52,809 nt of DNA from an uncultured Candidatus Berkelbacteria bacterium (GTDB taxonomy: Bacteria > Patescibacteriota > UBA1384 > XYA2-FULL-43-10 > CAINNR01), in contig CAINNR010000016.1 of NCBI GenBank assembly GCA_903851235.1, forward strand, positions 1 to 52,809, given 5' to 3'. Positions 8,025 through 16,198 of this stretch are shown piece after piece. Made by a program: the position numbers and the translations under genes. Below the pieces are notes generated by a model. The model did not search any database. It saw nothing but the letters and a program-made list of their open reading frames with translations, and was not told where the DNA came from. Each line of letters begins with the position of its first letter. Within the stretch, counting starts at the first letter, position 1.

Positions 8025-9959
8025 TCAGATTTGACTTTTGACATCATCCGGAATTTCCGCCAGAAATCGTGATGGTAAATTAGCAACCGGATTGCCAAAA
8101 TAGATTCGTCCGGAGGCATAAATCAAATACAGTCGTTTTCTCGCCCTGGTAATTCCGACGTAACACAACCGCCGCTCCTCCTCAATTTCATTTTCATCGA
8201 CAACGCTTCTGGCATGAGGCAGCAGCCCCTCCTCCATGCCGATAATAAAGACGGTTGGAAACTCCAGGCCTTTTGACGAGTGCAAGGTCATCAAAGTTAC
8301 AACGTCGGCACTCGAGTCCAATTCATCGGAATCTTGATACAACGCCACCTTCTCCAGGAAGGATTCAAGCGGTTTTTCCAAACCGGCGTTATCGGTGTAC
8401 GACGCAACTGACTTTAACTCCAAGATATTCTCCCAGCGAGCCTCGGCCTCGGCGCTGCCATCGAGTAAATTATCCTTGTAGCCGGAGACCTCCGCTACAA
8501 CTTCGATCAACTCTGATACTCCGAGGCTGGTGGATTTCAGTCGAAAATTTTCGATCATTTCCAGGAATTTGGCAATTTTCTCCGGCGGATCGGAATCAAG
8601 CGATGATAAACCCCTAAGATATTTGATCACGGTTTTCGAGCCGATTCCACGAGCCGGAACATTGACAATTCTCTCAAAGGCAACCCGATCAGCCGGATTT
8701 GCAATCAATCTTAAATAGGCCAAAATATCTTTGATTTCCCGTCGCTCATAGAATTTAATGCCGCCGACAACTTTGTAGGGAATTTCGTAGCGCAAAAACG
8801 CCTCCTCAGCCGCCCGCGATTGAGCATTGGTTCGATAGAGGACGGCAAAATCACTCCAATGAGATTTTTCGGCAAAAACCAAACCGCGAATTTCGGTCGC
8901 GACAAATTCCGCCTCATCCTTTTCATTTAGAGCTTGATAAATTTGCAGCGCCCCGCCCTCCGGATTGTCGGTAAAGAGCGTTTTATCGGTTCGATGGCGA
9001 TTATTCTTAATCAGTTCATCGGCAGCACGTAAAATATTCTTTGTCGAACGATAGTTTTGCTCAAGTTTAATAATTTTCGCTCCCGGATAATCACGCTCAA
9101 AGTTCAAGATGTTACGGAAGTTGGCGCCGCGAAAACCGTAAATTGACTGCGAATCATCACCGACGACACAAAGATTCCTTGATTTTGCCGATAACATTTT
9201 CGCCCATAAATATTGAACCTGGTTGGTGTCCTGATACTCATCGATCAAGATATAGCGGAAAATCCGTTGGTATTTCTCCAAAACCTCCGGATGTTGTTCA
9301 AATAGTTGGACACAAAGGACCAACAGATCGTCGAAATCCATCGCACCGATGGTTTTTAAATATATTTGATACTCCTTGTAGACGTCATAAACGATCTCTT
9401 CAAACGGCGAATTGACAAATTTTTTGTACTCCGCCGGAGAAATAAATTCATTTTTTGAGCTGCCGATAAAATATAAAACGGCGTTCGGACTGTACTGTTT
9501 AGTGTCGATGTTTTTGTCCTGCATAATTTTCTTCACCACCGCCAACTGATCCTGTGAGTCGTAGATGGTAAATCCGGACGGATAACCAATATGGTGAGCT
9601 TCGCGCCGGAGAATCTTGACACAAATGGCGTGAAAAGTCCCAAGCCAGGGCAGAACTACATCATCAGATCCGTCAGTCGAGACAGGTTGTTCAATTTTGT
9701 AATTTCGTTTGATTGGCAAATTCACAGGGGAGAGCAGTCGGCTCATCCGATTGCGCATCTCCCCCGCCGCTTTGTTGGTAAATGTCACTGCCAGAATTGC
9801 TGCCGGCGCAACTTTTTTTTCCGAGATTAAATAGGCCAAGCGATGTGTCAAGGCTTTGGTTTTGCCACTACCGGCTCCGGCCAAAATTAAAACCGGTCCC
9901 TCTGTAGTTCGGACCGCTTCAGACTGTGGCTGATTTAATTGCGAAAAAATATCATTCAT
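8025..9959 (-). CDS. pcrA: ATP-dependent DNA helicase PcrA/UvrD
   Basis: AGAGSGKT, DEYQDTN, VGDDSQSIY.FRGA, LEQNYRS, TLHSSKGLEF, EERRLCYVGITRA. Confidence 0.95.
   Translation of the reverse strand: MNDIFSQLNQPQSEAVRTTEGPVLILAGAGSGKTKALTHRLAYLISEKKVAPAAILAVTFTNKAAGEMRNRMSRLLSPVNLPIKRNYKIEQPVSTDGSDDVVLPWLGTFHAICVKILRREAHHIGYPSGFTIYDSQDQLAVVKKIMQDKNIDTKQYSPNAVLYFIGSSKNEFISPAEYKKFVNSPFEEIVYDVYKEYQIYLKTIGAMDFDDLLVLCVQLFEQHPEVLEKYQRIFRYILIDEYQDTNQVQYLWAKMLSAKSRNLCVVGDDSQSIYGFRGANFRNILNFERDYPGAKIIKLEQNYRSTKNILRAADELIKNNRHRTDKTLFTDNPEGGALQIYQALNEKDEAEFVATEIRGLVFAEKSHWSDFAVLYRTNAQSRAAEEAFLRYEIPYKVVGGIKFYERREIKDILAYLRLIANPADRVAFERIVNVPARGIGSKTVIKYLRGLSSLDSDPPEKIAKFLEMIENFRLKSTSLGVSELIEVVAEVSGYKDNLLDGSAEAEARWENILELKSVASYTDNAGLEKPLESFLEKVALYQDSDELDSSADVVTLMTLHSSKGLEFPTVFIIGMEEGLLPHARSVVDENEIEEERRLCYVGITRARKRLYLIYASGRIYFGNPVANLPSRFLAEIPDDVKSQI
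9674..9696 (-). repeat. 23-bp element copy 1, in frame in pcrA (IEQPVST)
   Basis: aattgaacaacctgtctcgactg on the minus strand, identical to 50403-50425 on the plus strand. Confidence 0.85.
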
Positions 9960-10003
9960 CTCCCTGCATTATACCAGCCGGATGAGGAAATTTAAAAGTC
10001 AAC

Positions 10004-10460
10004 AAAAAAAGGCACGAATGATTTGCGTACTTATAGGGAACAAATATTTTAATTATTGCCCTGTCGCGTCAACTCGTGCCTTCAAGGGGTGTCGCGAAAA
10101 CGACTGATTGGAATCGTTTCGTAGCATCCCTTAAATGACTTTTTGTCATAAAGAGACACTTTTTAACTTTTCCCTAAACCCTGGTTCTCCTCACCAAATT
10201 TTTCTTCTGATTTTCTGCTAGTTCTTTTTCTTTTTCTTTTTGTTTTTTGGCTTATTGGCAAGGAAAGAGTAGAAACAAATCAGAGAAATTTGAATTTCTA
10301 TTCTCTCCTTACCAACGGTTCGGATTAACAAAAAAACTCCCGCAAAGAGGAGCCATGATAAAACAAATACCAAATTTCTAACTGACCAAATTTCGAAAAA
10401 ACCAAAGTTGAAACTTTACTTCGCCCCTCCGCGAATGAGTACTATTAAATTGTTAATGTT
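10004..10460 (-). ncRNA. Candidate structured non-coding RNA of unknown family
   Basis: Promoter at 10467-10496; four long hairpins; ends in an aaggcacga/tcgtgcctt stem with T7; no long ORF. Confidence 0.45.
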
Positions 10461-10466
10461 ATGTCT

Positions 10467-10496
10467 ATTATATACCTAAAATATCTCCGCTGTCAA
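10467..10496 (-). promoter_or_regulatory. Sigma70-type promoter
   Basis: TTGACA-N18-TATAAT on the minus strand. Confidence 0.7.
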
Positions 10497-10636
10497 TAGC
10501 AAAAACCAATGACAGAAAAAATTATCCATTACCACAAAGGATAATTTTTTTAGATTTGATTATTTTGACCATCAGATGAGACAATATCCCCCGACAAAAT
10601 CAGCGCCGAAAAAGCTGATATGGTATAATTAGCAAG

Positions 10637-11155
10637 ATGACAAAAAAGAAAAAAATCATTTTGATTTCTCTGATCGTCGTCGTTTTTTTGGCGATTGTTG
10701 CCGGCGGCTGGTTTTGCTATCGACATTATAAAAACAAAAAAACCAGCAACCAGACGACGGCTACGACCTCAACTTCAAATTCAGCTAGTCAGTTTGACCA
10801 AAAAGATGCCACGCCCGCTACAACAACTCCGTCAACCTCCGGATCAGATCAAAATTCAACGACAACAACTCCGACGACGCCGACCACAACACCTACAACT
10901 TCAGCTGACGATTACTACAACCTTGGATTGGACTCGCTGTCGCAAAATAACTATTCGGCCGCAATTTCCAGTTTCAACAGCGCCATCAAACTAAATCCTC
11001 ACAATCCGAATTATTACAGCAAAAAAGCCCAAGCCCAAGTTTCCGCCGGCAGCAAACAAGCGGCAATCGATACGATCAATCAAGGGCTGGTGGCAAATCC
11101 GAACGATCCAACATTGGAGGATCAATTAAGCGTTTTACAAACGGTGGTTAAATGA
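10637..11155 (+). CDS. Membrane-anchored TPR protein
   Basis: N-terminal TM helix, Thr/Ser/Pro linker, TPR repeats (YYNLG...AISSFNSAIKLNP); TGGTATAAT 7 nt before ATG. Confidence 0.8.
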   Translation: MTKKKKIILISLIVVVFLAIVAGGWFCYRHYKNKKTSNQTTATTSTSNSASQFDQKDATPATTTPSTSGSDQNSTTTTPTTPTTTPTTSADDYYNLGLDSLSQNNYSAAISSFNSAIKLNPHNPNYYSKKAQAQVSAGSKQAAIDTINQGLVANPNDPTLEDQLSVLQTVVK

Positions 11156-12345
11156 AAATAAGAGACAGAAAGAGTTTACTGATTGCAGCGCTGGTGATAC
11201 TTTTCACCATGGTTATGCCGATAGCCGCCATGGCACAATCAGCATCGGATTTTCTAAACGCCGGAGCCGAGAATAATATTGTCTCCGACGCTAATTTTAT
11301 TGATATTAATTCAATGAGTGTCGTCGACATTCAAAATTTTCTTACCAGCCAAAACTCCTATCTGGCAACTTACACCGACAGCTCGGAAACTTTAGCTGAT
11401 GCCACAGCGGAAAATGGCAAATCAGCGGCCCAAATAATTTTCGACGCCGCTCACGGACTTTACCCGGCAGCAATCGGGACAGCCAACGGTATTACCGTCA
11501 GCGCGGCAACCGGCACAATCAGCCCGAAAATTATTCTGGTCTTTCTTCAAAAGGAGCAGAGTTTGGTTTCATCATCTTCCGTATCGTCCGGCCAACTGAA
11601 CGCCGCCATGGGTTACTCCTGCCCGGACTCCGGCGGTTGTAATCCTGCTTACGCCGGTTTTGCCATGCAAGTCGGTTGGGGCGCTTGGCAATTGCGCTAT
11701 AATTTTATCGCCGCCGGGCTACCGGCTAGTTGGTGGAATTCAACTTACGGCGCCGGCAATTCCAGCACTTGTTATGCCGGCCAGACAAAGACTTTAAGCG
11801 ATTACACCGGCAGCTATAACCTAACTTTTGCCAATGCTGCCACGGCGGCAATTTATCGCTATACACCGCATGTTTTTGACTCCGCTTACAATGTTTGGAA
11901 GCTGTTCAATTACAGCTATTTTTCCAATTCGGCCCCACCATCAACGCCCGGTGTCAACGACACTTCGACTGTCAACATGGATACCTACAACAGCTCGGTA
12001 ACACTCACTGGTGGCAAAGACAGCACAGGAAAAACTCTGTTTAACGGCAACGTTATCGCCGATGTCGGCTCCAGCTCATGGCAACTGACTTTTAATCCGG
12101 CAGTCGGCAACAATAGTTTGTCAGTAATTTATCAGGACGCCGACGGCAATCAAACTGCGACAAAAACCATCACCATCAACCGTCATAAATCCGGCGATAT
12201 CAATGGTGACAGCAAAGTTGATTTACTTGACCTGTCAACTCTGGCAGCCGATTGGGGCGGTAATAACTCCCGCTCCGATTTCAACGGCGACGGCAAAGTC
12301 GACCTTTTAGACTTATCAACTTTGGCTGCCGTTTGGGGAACATAA
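11152..12345 (+). CDS. Secreted protein with a putative lysozyme-like domain and a C-terminal dockerin type I domain
   Basis: Signal peptide; ISPKIILVFLQKEQSL, MGYSCPD, ATAAIYRYTPH; duplicated GDINGDSKVDLLDLSTLA / SDFNGDGKVDLLDLSTLA. Confidence 0.75.
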   Translation: MKIRDRKSLLIAALVILFTMVMPIAAMAQSASDFLNAGAENNIVSDANFIDINSMSVVDIQNFLTSQNSYLATYTDSSETLADATAENGKSAAQIIFDAAHGLYPAAIGTANGITVSAATGTISPKIILVFLQKEQSLVSSSSVSSGQLNAAMGYSCPDSGGCNPAYAGFAMQVGWGAWQLRYNFIAAGLPASWWNSTYGAGNSSTCYAGQTKTLSDYTGSYNLTFANAATAAIYRYTPHVFDSAYNVWKLFNYSYFSNSAPPSTPGVNDTSTVNMDTYNSSVTLTGGKDSTGKTLFNGNVIADVGSSSWQLTFNPAVGNNSLSVIYQDADGNQTATKTITINRHKSGDINGDSKVDLLDLSTLAADWGGNNSRSDFNGDGKVDLLDLSTLAAVWGT

Positions 12346-12458
12346 ACAAGATCAGATAAAAAAACGACCTCGTCTGCCAAAAAGGCAGGGTCAAAGATCG
12401 TTTATCTAAAATTAAACTAGCAAAAGATAAATAAAATATCAATAGCCAAAGGAGAAAA

Positions 12459-13697
12459 ATGAAAAAATTAATTACGCTAATAATCGCCTCAGCTCTGTTT
12501 TTCGCAGTTGCACCACACTCTTTGGCTGCCGGTGGAATTTACGCCTCCGGCGGCGGAGCGAAAACCGTCGGCCAAAGCTTTACCGTTACCGTCACCGCCT
12601 CCGGTGCCACTTTCAACGCATTGGAGGGAACGATCTCGGTTTCCGGCCCGGTTTCAGTAAGCGGTTTCTCCGCCGGCGGTGCAACTTGGACTTCGATTCC
12701 GGCCAACGGCACACACTTTGTCGGAATGGTTATTCCGGCAATAACCTCACTGCGAGTGGCAACGATAACACTTAAGGGGACTGGGGTTGGCAGTGGTGCT
12801 GTATCGGTATCCTCGGTCAGATTGGCCAACGCCGGCGCTGATGCTGGCAGTGGTGCCGGCAGCGCAAGTTTTTCTATCGCCAAAGCGCCTGATCTGCCGG
12901 GCGCGCCAACAGTCACCTCATCAACTCATCCGGATCCGACTCAAAGTTATGAAGCGACAACGATTTCGCTTGCTTGGAATAAGGATTCCGGCGTTGATGG
13001 TTTTTCATATCTTCTGGATCAAGCCGCCGGTACAACTCCATCGGCCAAGATAACCGATGCCGCAACGGCGGCAACTTATACCAACCAGGCAATCGGCAGT
13101 TATTACTTTCACATTCGGGCCCACAAAACCGATGGCTGGGGAGCGACGACGACTTTTCAAATCAACATTAAGGCGCCAACGGCAAAAATCGATCCCACTT
13201 TAGCCAAGCCGACGGAAATCAAAGTTGAAAAGTCCGACAGTTTCGTCAATAATATTTCCGATGGCACTTTTTCCGGCCTAAAAATTTCCGGCACAACTTT
13301 AGCCGGCTACAGCGCCAATATAGTTTTGGTTCCAGTGCCGACTTTGCCGGCTGGAAAAGTTTTAAGCGCACTGGCGGATAAATCGGGTAAATTCGAACTA
13401 AACATTGATTGGCCGATCCCGGCCGGACGATACGGGCTGACAATTCAAGGTCAAAAAGATTTGGTCCTGACACCGATCTCCGACACGACGATTTTTGAGA
13501 TCTCTCAAGCCAAAGGCGGAACAATAAACATTTTAACCGACGCCGACACCAACCCGCCAAAAAGCATCGCTCAAACAGTCGCAAACAAAAAATACAATTG
13601 GAAATTAATTTCTGAAATCACCGCCTTGGTTTTAGTCATCGGATTAATTGTAACTTTGATAATCGTTCGCCGTCGCAAATACAAAATCGCTTCATAA
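12459..13697 (+). CDS. Surface protein with a cohesin-like N-terminal beta domain, FN3/Ig-like domains and a C-terminal TM anchor
   Basis: Signal peptide; VGQSFTVTV...NALEGTI...VATITLK; C-terminal hydrophobic helix followed by RRRK. Confidence 0.6.
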   Translation: MKKLITLIIASALFFAVAPHSLAAGGIYASGGGAKTVGQSFTVTVTASGATFNALEGTISVSGPVSVSGFSAGGATWTSIPANGTHFVGMVIPAITSLRVATITLKGTGVGSGAVSVSSVRLANAGADAGSGAGSASFSIAKAPDLPGAPTVTSSTHPDPTQSYEATTISLAWNKDSGVDGFSYLLDQAAGTTPSAKITDAATAATYTNQAIGSYYFHIRAHKTDGWGATTTFQINIKAPTAKIDPTLAKPTEIKVEKSDSFVNNISDGTFSGLKISGTTLAGYSANIVLVPVPTLPAGKVLSALADKSGKFELNIDWPIPAGRYGLTIQGQKDLVLTPISDTTIFEISQAKGGTINILTDADTNPPKSIAQTVANKKYNWKLISEITALVLVIGLIVTLIIVRRRKYKIAS

Positions 13698-13717
13698 TCT
13701 AAACCTGGCACCATCGA

Positions 13718-13753
13718 AAAAAGCCCCAAGACCCGAGTATCTTAGGGCTTTTT
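13718..13753. terminator. Bidirectional terminator
   Basis: aaaaagccccaaga...tcttagggcttttt. Confidence 0.75.
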
Positions 13754-13810
13754 CTGTTAATGTTGGCTTAATATTAAAATTTAGAGTGTATACTAGACAT
13801 CAGGGGGCTG

Positions 13811-14677
13811 ATGAAAAAATTCTTAAAATTTATTGGTGTTGCAATTTTGGCAGGATTTTTTGCTGTTGCATTAACTGGATGCGCACCAAACCAAGCGCAA
13901 AAATCAGCAGACACCAGTTTAACCAATACCCCGTCTAGCACTGGCTCAACTAGCACTCCGGCTGTAATTAGCACACCCACACAGACTCAAACAACTCCGC
14001 AATCAACCACATTCGCTTCGCCATCAAAAACCTCCGGCTGTCACGAAAGCAACGGACTTCCCGATTCAGCTTGCACACCAGGAGCAACAAATTCAGCAGT
14101 GACGCAAGACACTATCAAATCAACAATCTGTGTTTCTGGCTACACTGCTACAATTAGACCAGCAACTAGCTATACGAATAACCTAAAAACTCAACAAATT
14201 GTAGCTTATGGTTATTCGGACAAGAGTTTATCAGATTATGAAGAAGATCATTTAATTGCTTTGGAACTTGGTGGGAGTCCGACTGACGCCGGTAATTTAT
14301 GGCCAGAACCATACAATCTTACCTATAGCGCAAAGGCAAAAGATAAAGTTGAAAATTATCTGCACTCTCAAGTTTGTGGTGGTAGTATAAATCTAGTGGA
14401 TGCACAAAAAGAAATCGCAACTAATTGGATCTCGGTTTATACCGCCCACTATGGCACGATTAGCGGAGGATCAAGTTCTGATTCAGACGATGCGGTAACT
14501 TCTAGCACTTCCACTGGGTCAAGTTCCAGTTCGATCTATACCCCAGCGCCGACTACAATAAATAACGGAGGATATCCGGCCGGAACAAGCGGAATTTGTA
14601 ATGACGGAACATATACTAAAGCAGTTAATCATCAAGGTGCTTGTTCTCATCACAAAGGAGTAAAACAATGGCTGTAA
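13811..14677 (+). CDS. Lipoprotein with an HNH-like domain and a C-terminal DUF3761-like Cys/His domain
   Basis: LTGC lipobox; YEEDHLIALELGG....NLWPE; C-terminal CNDGTYT....GACSHH.GV. Confidence 0.7.
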   Translation: MKKFLKFIGVAILAGFFAVALTGCAPNQAQKSADTSLTNTPSSTGSTSTPAVISTPTQTQTTPQSTTFASPSKTSGCHESNGLPDSACTPGATNSAVTQDTIKSTICVSGYTATIRPATSYTNNLKTQQIVAYGYSDKSLSDYEEDHLIALELGGSPTDAGNLWPEPYNLTYSAKAKDKVENYLHSQVCGGSINLVDAQKEIATNWISVYTAHYGTISGGSSSDSDDAVTSSTSTGSSSSSIYTPAPTTINNGGYPAGTSGICNDGTYTKAVNHQGACSHHKGVKQWL

Positions 14678-14795
14678 CTAAAAATAAACTTGGCAATTAT
14701 ATCTTTACTGGAAGTGGAAACTGGCGACTAAAGACCTCAAATTCCTTTTTCAGCAGCATTATTTCTTGATAGTATTTAGTCCGGAACATCTTAAG

Positions 14796-16169
14796 TCACT
14801 CCACGACTTTGCAACCGATATCACTGACGAGAGAAGTTCCTTCCGGTAAATTTTTATCCGCTCTAATCAACGCCTTATAGCCGGGCGGTAATTCTTTTTG
14901 ATCAGAAAAATTATAGTCAACGGTTTTCGGTTGCAAGTAAAATAGCACTGTCGGCGGGTAAAAACCAGCAAAATAATACTGGCTATTTTGATCCTTAGCT
15001 AAATTTTCATAACTCAAGAGACAAGCCTTATTTGTCTCATATAATTTGATTTCACGCCACCTGGTTGGAATGTATGCCGGTAGCAGAATTGTTGCCAAGA
15101 AAAAAAACACTACCGGATAGATAAAAAAGCTGTTTTTCGAAATCAAATAGAAAATGATAACTGCCAGAGCAATGATCAATGGAATATGAACCGGTAAAAT
15201 GTACCACTCGATTCTGGTAGCGACACTCTGAATTGTGATGAATTGAATTATCAGCCAGCATGCGACAAATATGATCGGCTGTGAATACTTCCTGACCGCC
15301 TCTTTCCAAACAAGAAAAAAAAGTGGCAAAAAAATTGTAATCGGATAATATTTCAAAATATTTTCCAAGTAATAATACCAAGGCGCGATATGACCCTCAA
15401 TCGCTACCTTCGAGCGCAAAACAATCTGGTAATCGTAGTATTGGCTCCAAAAACCAAGGCCGAATTTCTCCAGCATATAGATATGCCATGGAAGGGCGAT
15501 CGTCAACATCAACAGGAGGCCAATCCAGGTGTGAATATTTTTAATGTAGGTTAGAAACTGCCGAGTCAGCAACAAATAAACAACAACAATCAAAAGCGGA
15601 GAAAGTCCGGCCGGGCCTTTGGTCATGACGGCAAAACCAATTAACAGAAAAAATGGATAAAGATATTTTTTCTCCTCTTGTGACAACCAAAAAAAGTAAA
15701 GTCCGGTGACGGTCAGACAAGCCACAAGCATATCAGTCGTACCAAAACGTGAATAAAAAAGTAGAAATGTGTCGGAGACAAAAAGTAGCAACGACAAGAT
15801 GGCAATTTTGGCCTTAAAAAGTCTTTTGCTGAAAATGTAAGTTACCCAAGCCAAAACTACTCCGCTAATCGCTGAAACAAAGCGAGCGGAGAATTCATTG
15901 ACGGCAAAAAGTTTGAATGCGCCGGCCTCAAGCCATAAAGCCAGTGGCGGTTTCTGAAACCAGTCAGCGCCATTCCAGTAAAGCGTAAAAAAGTGACCAT
16001 GCAAAACATTCCTGGCAACTTCGGCATAAATCGCTTCATCCCAATCAGCCAATCCGTAACTTCCCAGCTTCCAAAAACAAGCAACCGCAAAGATAGCGAC
16101 TGAGATTATCGCTAAGACATTAAGCTTCTTATCAGAAAGAGAAATTTTCGATAATCCAAACTTTTCCAT
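14796..16169 (-). CDS. ArnT/PMT-like (GT83/GT39) GT-C glycosyltransferase
   Basis: DWDEAIYAEVAR, QKPPL, SARF, MTKGP, PWYYY motifs; many TM helices. Confidence 0.85.
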   Translation of the reverse strand: MEKFGLSKISLSDKKLNVLAIISVAIFAVACFWKLGSYGLADWDEAIYAEVARNVLHGHFFTLYWNGADWFQKPPLALWLEAGAFKLFAVNEFSARFVSAISGVVLAWVTYIFSKRLFKAKIAILSLLLFVSDTFLLFYSRFGTTDMLVACLTVTGLYFFWLSQEEKKYLYPFFLLIGFAVMTKGPAGLSPLLIVVVYLLLTRQFLTYIKNIHTWIGLLLMLTIALPWHIYMLEKFGLGFWSQYYDYQIVLRSKVAIEGHIAPWYYYLENILKYYPITIFLPLFFLVWKEAVRKYSQPIIFVACWLIIQFITIQSVATRIEWYILPVHIPLIIALAVIIFYLISKNSFFIYPVVFFFLATILLPAYIPTRWREIKLYETNKACLLSYENLAKDQNSQYYFAGFYPPTVLFYLQPKTVDYNFSDQKELPPGYKALIRADKNLPEGTSLVSDIGCKVVE

Positions 16170-16198
16170 AATTTATGACTAAGAGTTCGGTTACGGTT

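Noticed and set aside
10004-10460. RNase P RNA, tmRNA, T-box or cyclic-dinucleotide riboswitch identity
   Set aside because: Signature sequences (GAGGAAAGUCC, tRNA-like ends, GGUGGUACCGCG) were not found, so it is left unclassified.
12190-12340. DNA direct repeat in gene 11152 as a possible mobile or variable repeat
   Set aside because: Explained by the two halves of a dockerin domain.
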